Below are positions 56,833 to 64,000 of a stretch of 64,000 nucleotides of DNA, in pieces. Numbering within the stretch: position 1 is the first letter of the stretch; every line of letters begins with the position of its first letter. The notes under the pieces were generated by a model. The model was not told the origin of the DNA, searched no databases, and saw nothing but the letters and a program-made list of their open reading frames with translations. The stretch covers positions 19,139 to 83,138 of the forward strand of contig JAHHTL010000002.1 of assembly GCA_020024635.1 (NCBI GenBank), written 5' to 3'. Position numbers and translations under genes: made by a program. Source of the stretch: Ruminococcus sp. (GTDB lineage Bacteria; Bacillota; Clostridia; Lachnospirales; Lachnospiraceae).

Positions 56833-58029
56833 ATGAATTTAGAGAAAGAAAATTTAAGAAAAATCAGAGGATTGATCCTATTTACAATTATTGTTCTTAT
56901 CACGTTATGGCAGTACAATACAGTACTACATCTGGCTGTTATGTGTATGCACATTTTATTCCCATTCATAGTGGGTGGGGCAATTGCTTTTATTTTAAAC
57001 GTTCCTATGAATTTTATAGAAAAAAAGCTGTTTAAAAACAAAGAGAAAGCGGAGGGAACGTATGCAAGAGGAATTAGTCTTCTTCTAACGATCGTATTTG
57101 TATGTAGTATCATAGCAATTGTTATTTTTGTTGTAGTTCCAAAACTGGGAACCACGCTGATTTCACTGGGAAAAAATATTCAGGTGTTTATCGTGGATGT
57201 ACAAAGATGGTTGGAGTCACTTTTTACGGATAATCCTGAAATTATCCGTGTGATAGAAGATATAGAAATCAACTGGGATAAATTAATAAACAGTATGATT
57301 ACGTTTTTCAAAAGTGGAGCAGGAAGTGTACTTGGTTCTACAGTGACAGTTGCCAAAAGTATTGTGAGTGCAGTTACTACATTTGTGATTTCATTTGTTT
57401 TTTCGTGCTATATTTTATTGCAGAAAGAACGGTTAAGTATTCAGAGCAAAAAAATATTGTACGCTTATCTCAAGGAAAATCGAGTAGAAAAGATTTTATC
57501 AATCTGCAAACTCACTTATCGAACATTTTCTAATTTTTTGACAGGACAATGTGTAGAGGCAGTTATACTGGGGACGATGTTTGTAGTTGCGATGAGTGTT
57601 TTACGGATGCCATACGCATTGTTAGTTGGTGTATTGATTGCATTTACGGCTTTGATTCCGATTTTTGGGGCATTTATTGGCTGCGTAATTGGTACATTTT
57701 TGATTCTTGTGGAATCTCCGATAAAAGCCTTGATTTTTCTTATTTTATTCCTTGTTCTGCAACAGGTTGAAGGAAATTTTATTTATCCAAAAGTTGTTGG
57801 AAATTCAGTGGGACTTCCATCTATATGGGTTCTTGCGGCAGTGAGTATTGGTGGAAGCTTAATGGGAGTTGTTGGAATGCTTATTTTTATTCCGATGATT
57901 TCGGTACTCTACACACTTTTACGAGGAAATGTGTATCAAAGATTGGAGGAAAAAGGAGTTTATGTAGATACTTCTTCTGGAAAACTCCTTCCAATTTCAG
58001 AGGAAAAGGAAAATGCTTCGGAAAAGTAA
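56833..58029 (+). CDS. AI-2E family transporter (PerM/YhhT-like)
   Basis: 398 aa with about 8 TM helices. Conserved LVLQQVEGNFIYPKVVG motif. Confidence 0.85.
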   Translation: MNLEKENLRKIRGLILFTIIVLITLWQYNTVLHLAVMCMHILFPFIVGGAIAFILNVPMNFIEKKLFKNKEKAEGTYARGISLLLTIVFVCSIIAIVIFVVVPKLGTTLISLGKNIQVFIVDVQRWLESLFTDNPEIIRVIEDIEINWDKLINSMITFFKSGAGSVLGSTVTVAKSIVSAVTTFVISFVFSCYILLQKERLSIQSKKILYAYLKENRVEKILSICKLTYRTFSNFLTGQCVEAVILGTMFVVAMSVLRMPYALLVGVLIAFTALIPIFGAFIGCVIGTFLILVESPIKALIFLILFLVLQQVEGNFIYPKVVGNSVGLPSIWVLAAVSIGGSLMGVVGMLIFIPMISVLYTLLRGNVYQRLEEKGVYVDTSSGKLLPISEEKENASEK

Positions 58030-58105
58030 AAGTGGAATAATTATGGAAAAAGTGATATACTAGATGCGTTAACGAATGAAAGTGAGTATATGAGGAAATA
58101 AGTTC

Positions 58106-60151
58106 ATGAAAAAGAAAAATATGCGTTTAAAGGGTCAGCTGCGCCTCTATATGCAGTGGCCGCTCATAATGATGGTTTTTCTGTGGGCAATGGATATATG
58201 GATGTATCAGCTAGATAGAAAGGCTGGAGTAATAATGTCCGTATTCATTGTGATATATATGATCGTTGCAGGAACATTGTATTTTTACAATCGTTCTTTG
58301 ATTCTTGCGGATCTTATTCAATTTTCCACGCAATATCAGGGCATTCAAAATACCCTACTGAAAGAACTGTCCCTTCCGTATGCAATTCTCCAAGAGAACG
58401 GACATATTTTGTGGGGAAATGACAGTTTTAAATCGATTATTTTTAATTCCAAAAGGGAGAAGGATATCAATAAGATTATTCCGGATCTAGATGTGAGAGC
58501 GTTTTCAAGCAAGAATACAGATCGCTTGGAAGTAGAGGTTACCTTTAAAGACAGAGAATATCAGGTGGAGCTTCAAAAAATATCTGTAGAAGGATTTAGT
58601 GAAGAGGAACGGATTCTTCAAATTCCACCAGAAGCAGAATATTTTATTGCTCTTTACATGCGTGACATAACAGAATTAAAATCTTATATCAAGAAAAATG
58701 AAGCACAAAGGATGCTTGCCGGTCTTATTTACATTGACAATTATGAAGAAGTTATGGAGAGTGTGGAAGAAGTTCGACAGTCTCTTCTTGTAGCTTTGAT
58801 TGATCGGAAGATAAACAAGTATATTGGAGATGTAGACGGACTTGTAAAAAAGTTGGAAAAAGATAAATATTTCTTTGTGATGAAAGTAGAAGGGTACCGC
58901 AAACTGGAACAAGACAAGTTTACGATTCTTGAAGAAGTAAAGCATGTAAACATTGGAAATGCACGTTCAGCTACATTAAGTATTGGAGTTGGATTAAATG
59001 CGCCTACCTATGCACAGAGTTATAATAATGCACGTGTTGCCATCGATTTGGCTCTTGCAAGAGGGGGAGATCAGGCGGTTGTAAAAAACTTAACAGGAAT
59101 TACGTATTTTGGTGGGAAGAAAGAGCAGACAGCAAAGAATACCCGTGTAAAAGCGCGTGTCAAAGCAGAGGCATTGCGGGAGTTTATCATGGGAAAAGAT
59201 CAAGTGATCGTTATGGGACATAAGATTGCAGATGCCGACTGTTTTGGAGCATGTATGGGGATTTATCGTGCTACGGTTTCCCTTGGAAAAAAAGCACACA
59301 TTGTAATCAATGAAGTTACCAGTTCCATTCGTCCTTTGTACGATGAAATTGCGCACAGCAGTTCCTATGAAAAAGATTTATTTCTTACACCAGAAGAAGC
59401 ATTGTCTTATGTATCAGACAATACCATGGTCATTGTAGTAGATACCAATAAGCCACAGCTTACAGAGTGCCCAGAGTTGCTGAAGAAATCAAAAACCATT
59501 GCGGTTTTGGATCATCACAGACAGGGAAGTAATGTAATTGAAAATGCAGTTCTTTCTTATGTAGAGCCATATTCATCCTCTGCAAGTGAAATGATTGCAG
59601 AAGTATTGCAGTATATTGTAGATGATATTAAATGTCCTTCCGTGGAGGCGGATTGTCTATACGCAGGGATTATGATCGATACGCGTAATTTTATGAACCG
59701 TACAGGGGTGCGAACCTTTGAGGCGGCGGCTTATCTTAGAAGATGTGGGGCAGATATTACGCGAGTGCGTAAAATGTTCCGAGATGATATGGATTCCTAT
59801 CGCGCAAAGGCAGAAGCGGTTCGCCGTGCACAAGTATATCGGGAAGAATATGCGATTGCACAGTGCCCCAATAATATAGATAGTCCAACTGTGCTTGCGG
59901 CACAAGCGGCCAATGAACTTTTGGATATTGGAGGAATTAAGGCATCTTTTGTGTTTACCGTATACGAAGGAAGGACGTTTTTAAGTTGTCGATCCATTGA
60001 TGAAGTCAATGTTCAGATTATTGCAGAAAAGTTAGGCGGCGGTGGACATATTAATGCAGCAGGAGCCCAATTCGAAGGGACAGATGTAGAATCGGCCATG
60101 GGACTATTAAAAGCAACCATTGATCTTATGATAGAAGAAGGAGATATATAG
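58106..60151 (+). CDS. gdpP: GdpP/YybT-type DHH-DHHA1 phosphodiesterase (cyclic-di-AMP phosphodiesterase)
   Basis: Two N-terminal TM helices, a PAS-like region and a degenerate GGDEF region. DHH motifs MGHKIADADCFG, VVDTN and LDHH. DHHA1 motif GGGGHINAAG. Conserved position upstream of rplI-dnaB. Confidence 0.85.
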   Translation: MKKKNMRLKGQLRLYMQWPLIMMVFLWAMDIWMYQLDRKAGVIMSVFIVIYMIVAGTLYFYNRSLILADLIQFSTQYQGIQNTLLKELSLPYAILQENGHILWGNDSFKSIIFNSKREKDINKIIPDLDVRAFSSKNTDRLEVEVTFKDREYQVELQKISVEGFSEEERILQIPPEAEYFIALYMRDITELKSYIKKNEAQRMLAGLIYIDNYEEVMESVEEVRQSLLVALIDRKINKYIGDVDGLVKKLEKDKYFFVMKVEGYRKLEQDKFTILEEVKHVNIGNARSATLSIGVGLNAPTYAQSYNNARVAIDLALARGGDQAVVKNLTGITYFGGKKEQTAKNTRVKARVKAEALREFIMGKDQVIVMGHKIADADCFGACMGIYRATVSLGKKAHIVINEVTSSIRPLYDEIAHSSSYEKDLFLTPEEALSYVSDNTMVIVVDTNKPQLTECPELLKKSKTIAVLDHHRQGSNVIENAVLSYVEPYSSSASEMIAEVLQYIVDDIKCPSVEADCLYAGIMIDTRNFMNRTGVRTFEAAAYLRRCGADITRVRKMFRDDMDSYRAKAEAVRRAQVYREEYAIAQCPNNIDSPTVLAAQAANELLDIGGIKASFVFTVYEGRTFLSCRSIDEVNVQIIAEKLGGGGHINAAGAQFEGTDVESAMGLLKATIDLMIEEGDI

Positions 60152-60153
60152 TT

Positions 60154-60603
60154 ATGAAAGTTATTTTATTACAAGATGTGAAAGCACTTGGAAAAAAAGG
60201 AGAAATTGTAAATATAAATGACGGGTATGCAAGAAATTTTATTTTGCCAAAGAATCTTGGGGTAGAAGCAAATAATAAAAATTTAAATGAATTAAAATTA
60301 CAGAAGAGAAAAGAAGAAAAAATTGCACAAGATCATTTTGATGCGGCCAAAGAACTTGCAGGAAAACTGGAAGCAGGAAAAATAGAGTTGTCCATAAAAG
60401 TCGGAAATGGCGGAAGAGTATTTGGATCTATATCAAGTAAGGAAATTGCACAGGCCGTAAAAGAACAGATGGGACTGGAAATCGATAAAAAGAAAATTCA
60501 AATGAAAGATCCGATCAAGATGCCTGGAATACAGCACATTTCAATTAAACTTCACCAAAAAGTAACTGCCCAGTTAAAAGTAATTGTAGCAGAAGAAGTA
60601 TAA
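60154..60603 (+). CDS. rplI: 50S ribosomal protein L9
   Basis: MKVILLQDVKALGKKGEIVNINDGYARNFILPK. Confidence 0.95.
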   Translation: MKVILLQDVKALGKKGEIVNINDGYARNFILPKNLGVEANNKNLNELKLQKRKEEKIAQDHFDAAKELAGKLEAGKIELSIKVGNGGRVFGSISSKEIAQAVKEQMGLEIDKKKIQMKDPIKMPGIQHISIKLHQKVTAQLKVIVAEEV

Positions 60604-60616
60604 GGGGATATACTTT

Positions 60617-61969
60617 ATGGAAACAGAAGCAGCCATTAAACGAATACTTCCACATAGTATAGAGGCAGAAAAATCAGTAGTAGGAGCAATGCTGATGAAC
60701 AAAAATTCTATTCAGGTTGCATCGGAAATCCTTACAGGAAGTGATTTTTATCAAAATGTTTATGGCATTTTGTTTGATGCAATGGTAGACTTGTTTCAGC
60801 AGGGAAAGTCTGTAGATTTAATTATTTTACAAGAGTACTTAAAAGAGAAAGATTTTCCACCTGAAATAAGCAATATGGAATTTGCAAGGGAATTAGTGGA
60901 AAATCTTGATGTTTTATCAGTAGAAGTAAAAGATTATGCTCAAATTGTGCATGATAAAGCAGTTTTGCGTCGAATGATCAAAACAAACGAAAAAATCATG
61001 AGTGCCTGTTATCAGGAAAATCAGCCGTTAGAAGATATCTTAAATGATGCAGAAAAAGAGATTTTTGAGATTACAGAATGTGGGAATACAAGAGAATTCA
61101 CGCCAATTAGAGAAGTTGTCATGAATGCTTTGAATGTGATTGAAAAAGCATCAAAGACCTCTGGAAATGTAACCGGAATCCCAACAGGCTTTATTGATTT
61201 GGATTATAAGTTATCAGGACTTCAGCGTTCAGATTTAATTTTGATTGCGGCAAGACCGTCTATGGGTAAGACAGCATTTGTGTTGAATATCGCACAATAT
61301 GCGGCCTTTCGTAAGAATTTAAGCGTTGCAATCTTTAGTTTGGAGATGTCAAAAGAGCAGCTTGTAAATCGTTTGTTTTCTCTAGAATCGCTTGTGGATG
61401 CACAAAGTCTTCGTACAGGTAATTTAAAAGATACTGAATGGGAAAAACTCATAGAAGGTGCAGGCAGGATCGGAGAGTCGCGTCTGATCATTGATGATAC
61501 ATCAGGAATCACAGTCGGTGAGATGCGTTCTAAATGTAGAAAATTTAAAAGTGAGATGGGACTGGATCTTATTATCATTGACTACCTACAGTTAATGAGT
61601 GGATCGGCAGGGAGACGAAATGAAAGTCGGCAGCAAGAAATTTCAGAAATTTCACGTTCGCTAAAAGGCTTGGCAAGAGAATTGAACGTTCCAGTCATTG
61701 CGTTGTCACAGCTTAGCCGTGCGGTTGAGCAAAGAACGGATAAGCGGCCAATGCTTTCCGATCTTCGTGAATCTGGGGCGATTGAGCAGGATGCCGATGT
61801 ATGTATGTTTATCTATCGGGAAGATTATTATATTAAAGATACCAAAGATAAAGGGATTGCGGAAATTATTATTGCAAAGCAAAGAAACGGTCCGATTGGT
61901 ACGGTACGTCTTGCATGGCTACCGCAATATACAAGGTTTGGAAACGAACTTCGTCAACAGGATGAATAA
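60617..61969 (+). CDS. dnaB: replicative DNA helicase (DnaB family; DnaC in Bacillus nomenclature)
   Basis: PHSIEAEKSVVGAML N-terminus. Walker A AARPSMGKTAF. IIDYLQLM. 450 aa. Confidence 0.95.
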   Translation: METEAAIKRILPHSIEAEKSVVGAMLMNKNSIQVASEILTGSDFYQNVYGILFDAMVDLFQQGKSVDLIILQEYLKEKDFPPEISNMEFARELVENLDVLSVEVKDYAQIVHDKAVLRRMIKTNEKIMSACYQENQPLEDILNDAEKEIFEITECGNTREFTPIREVVMNALNVIEKASKTSGNVTGIPTGFIDLDYKLSGLQRSDLILIAARPSMGKTAFVLNIAQYAAFRKNLSVAIFSLEMSKEQLVNRLFSLESLVDAQSLRTGNLKDTEWEKLIEGAGRIGESRLIIDDTSGITVGEMRSKCRKFKSEMGLDLIIIDYLQLMSGSAGRRNESRQQEISEISRSLKGLARELNVPVIALSQLSRAVEQRTDKRPMLSDLRESGAIEQDADVCMFIYREDYYIKDTKDKGIAEIIIAKQRNGPIGTVRLAWLPQYTRFGNELRQQDE

Positions 61970-62014
61970 AAAACAGATGATTTTGTAAGTTATGTTACAA
62001 AATCATCTGTTTTT
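61969..62014. terminator. bidirectional terminator between dnaB (+) and the MerR gene (-)
   Basis: Perfect long hairpin AAAACAGATGATTTTGTAA-GTTATG-TTACAAAATCATCTGTTTT. Confidence 0.85.
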
Positions 62015-62017
62015 ATG

Positions 62018-62602
62018 TTAAGTAAGAATTTTTTTCAGCTTAACCAAAGGAGTTTCTTTAACCGATTCTTTTCGATTAGCCTGTTGTTGACGTATCAGAC
62101 AGTCAAGCTTTCGAAAGTGTTCTTCTTCTTGACGCTCTTTTGCTTGAAATAAAAAGTCAACTTCTCTTATCACGTTCCTTGTTACAGACTGACTAATTTC
62201 TTGTTTTAATGTTTCATTATTAGTGGATAGGATTTCTGAAAAAACTCCACCAATTAGTGCGCGTGTTTGTTCTAGTTTGTCTGGTAAAATTTCAGAAGAT
62301 ACTTTTGGGGTAACTTCTGTTTTAATGATTGCAGGCATTGTTTGAGATGGTGGCTTGTGGATCTTTTCTTTGGTTGACTTTAATTGTGGAATTAAAGGTT
62401 TTAGATCTTTCAAAAGCATACCTTCATCTTTCAGTTTTTTGATACATTTGAAAAGTTGTATATCATCATTTGTATAATAACGGTGTCCATTTTCTGTTCT
62501 TCCGATTGAAAGATCAAGTTCTTCTTCCCAGTAACGTAAAACGTGGGATTCTACATGAACTTGCTTTGCAGCTTCGGAAATCATAAATTTGACTTCACCC
62601 AT
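62018..62602 (-). CDS. MerR family transcriptional regulator
   Basis: N-terminal HTH ISEAAKQVHVESHVLRYWEEE...NGHRYYT, followed by a helical C-terminus. RBS AAGGAGGG upstream. Confidence 0.8.
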   Translation of the reverse strand: MGEVKFMISEAAKQVHVESHVLRYWEEELDLSIGRTENGHRYYTNDDIQLFKCIKKLKDEGMLLKDLKPLIPQLKSTKEKIHKPPSQTMPAIIKTEVTPKVSSEILPDKLEQTRALIGGVFSEILSTNNETLKQEISQSVTRNVIREVDFLFQAKERQEEEHFRKLDCLIRQQQANRKESVKETPLVKLKKILT

Positions 62603-62713
62603 ATTATACTGATCCCTCCTTAAGACAAGGATGTAATAGCCTGTCTAAGATGATTATAGCATATTCAATTGGAAAATCCGCCTAAAATCGTTCGTCAAAT
62701 TGTGCCATAAAAA

Positions 62714-62741
62714 CAAAAAAATACCGCCTAAAAGACGGTAT
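62714..62741 (-). terminator. rho-independent terminator after the ferredoxin gene
   Basis: Minus-strand hairpin ATACCGTC-TTTTAG-GCGGTAT, followed by TTTTTTT. Confidence 0.7.
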
Positions 62742-62775
62742 TTTATGTTCATGTTTCATTTGTGATCATGAAAGA

Positions 62776-62946
62776 TTATTCTGGCTGAACAGCGCCTGTT
62801 GGACATGCAGCTTCACAAGCTCCACAATCTACACAAGCATCAGCGTCCACTACGTATTTATCTTCTCCTTGAGAGATAGCTCCTACTGGACATTCAGCTT
62901 CGCAAGAACCACAACTTACACAATCGTCATTAATAATATGTGCCAT
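62776..62946 (-). CDS. fdx: 2x[4Fe-4S] clostridial-type ferredoxin (56 aa; absent from the ORF track)
   Basis: Hand translation: MAHIINDDCVSCGSCEAECPVGAISQGEDKYVVDADACVDCGACEAACPTGAVQPE. Two CxxCxxCxxxCP motifs. RBS AGGAGGG 7 nt upstream. Terminator downstream. Confidence 0.9.
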   Translation of the reverse strand: MAHIINDDCVSCGSCEAECPVGAISQGEDKYVVDADACVDCGACEAACPTGAVQPE

Positions 62947-63163
62947 GGATAATTCCCTCCTTTTTAAAAATCTAACAGAATTTCAATGCTGTCATTAAGC
63001 CTATTGTAATATAAATAAATAAAATATACAAGATATTTTGTTGTGAAAATTAATTGGAAAAAAATATCATAGAAAATTAATAAAATATTGCTTTATTTTT
63101 CACAAGAATAGTGTATAGTATAAAAAGTAATCATATGGTAAAATGGCCATGGAGGAAAAGAAT

Positions 63164-64000
63164 ATGAAAAGAAAGGCAATCACAGTAGCAGTGGTTCTGT
63201 TTGCGGCACTTGGTATTAGCGCGTGTGCAGAAAAGAAAAAAGAAGAACCACAGATAACTGGTAAAGTTACAGAGGCCCCAGCATATCAAAATAATTTAAA
63301 AACCATTTCCCCTTCTGCATATAGTAATGTAAAAGGAATCCCTCTCCAACCAGGAACATATATCTCTATTATAGGGAAGAGCACAGGCTCAACTTATTGG
63401 AAAGAAGTTGAAAAAGGAGTTGAGCAGGCAACGAAAGACCTAAATAAAGAACTTGGATATACAAAGGATAAAAAAATAAAGGTGTCTTACAATGCACCAA
63501 GTGAGGTAGAGGATATTGATCAGCAAGTGAATATACTAGATGAAGAGCTTGCACGTTATCCAGATGCTCTGGCAATTGCAAGTATTGGACTAGATGCATG
63601 CAGAGTGCAACTTGATCTAGCAGAGGAAAATGGGATTCCGATTATTTCCTTTGACTCATCGAATACTCACAATAGTATTCTAAGTGAGGTCTCTACAAAT
63701 AACGATAAAGCAGCACGCACTTGTGCAAACAAGATTAGTGATGAGATTTTAGAAACAGGGAGCATTCTTATCATTGCACACGATTCAGAGTCAGGGACTG
63801 CTATTGCTCGAGAAAATAATTTTAAAGACGAAATCGGGCGAAAGGACGGAGCGATCAAGATCGCAGATACCTTATATTTAGACAAGTTGGATGAAATAAA
63901 AAAGGAAATCGCAGTTGCGAAAAATAAAGATTTAAAACAAGAAGAAACGGAAGTAACGATAGAAAGTATTTCGGATGAAGAAGTACTTGCGTACTATTTA
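63164..64000 (+). CDS. lipoprotein, periplasmic-binding-protein (PBP1, sugar/LacI-type) substrate-binding protein; 3' end beyond window
   Basis: The ATG at 63164 has RBS GGAGGAAAAG. Signal peptide and lipobox MKRKAITVAVVLFAALGISAC. Frame stays open to the window end (279 codons). ISIIGKSTGSTYW...DALAIASI... resembles the ribose/galactose-binding fold. Confidence 0.7.
   Translation, partial: MKRKAITVAVVLFAALGISACAEKKKEEPQITGKVTEAPAYQNNLKTISPSAYSNVKGIPLQPGTYISIIGKSTGSTYWKEVEKGVEQATKDLNKELGYTKDKKIKVSYNAPSEVEDIDQQVNILDEELARYPDALAIASIGLDACRVQLDLAEENGIPIISFDSSNTHNSILSEVSTNNDKAARTCANKISDEILETGSILIIAHDSESGTAIARENNFKDEIGRKDGAIKIADTLYLDKLDEIKKEIAVAKNKDLKQEETEVTIESISDEEVLAYYL

Noticed and set aside
1-64000. 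CRISPR arrays, rRNA genes, IS elements, toxin-antitoxin pairs
   Set aside because: Reading all intergenic regions longer than 60 nt showed only promoters, hairpin terminators and tRNAs. There were no regularly spaced direct repeats and no small adjacent ORF pairs with TA-like features.

Overview
This is a 64-kb window from a low-GC Firmicute. Gene content and order look like a spore-forming member of the Clostridia, possibly Lachnospiraceae. All calls were made by eye from motifs, start/RBS context and synteny; no searches were run.

I count about 63 protein genes, roughly 89% on the + strand. There are 5 tRNA genes (Ala, Asn, Glu and two identical Cys copies in inverted orientation). I saw no rRNA, CRISPR array, transposase, integrase or phage genes.

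Most of the window is core housekeeping arranged in classic Firmicute blocks:
- hup-yabO-yabP-yabQ-divIC-spoIIE-tilS-hpt-ftsH
- pfkA-dnaX-ybaB-recR
- split transketolase
- rpsF-ssb-rpsR, then gdpP-rplI-dnaB
- asnS, cca, glgCD, map and pgm

Accessory or unusual pockets:
1. A sugar/fucosidase locus at the left edge.
2. hypB and hypA bracketing an 890-aa Fe-S flavoprotein, with no hydrogenase genes in the window.
3. An AraC regulator with two complete DNA-binding modules, followed by a 644-aa OYE/2,4-dienoyl-CoA-reductase-type enzyme.
4. A short membrane-inserted SbcE/YhaN-like SMC ATPase with its nuclease partner, translationally coupled to cca.
5. A promoter-driven cassette next to the tRNA cluster: cytoplasmic LRR protein, pseudo-metallopeptidase/VWA protein, MoxR-like AAA+ ATPase, sortase B and DUF951.

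Pocket 5 is the most system-like candidate for something undescribed. The hypB-X-hypA module is second.

A 56-aa 2x[4Fe-4S] ferredoxin gene and a right-edge lipoprotein gene are missing from the ORF track and are added here.
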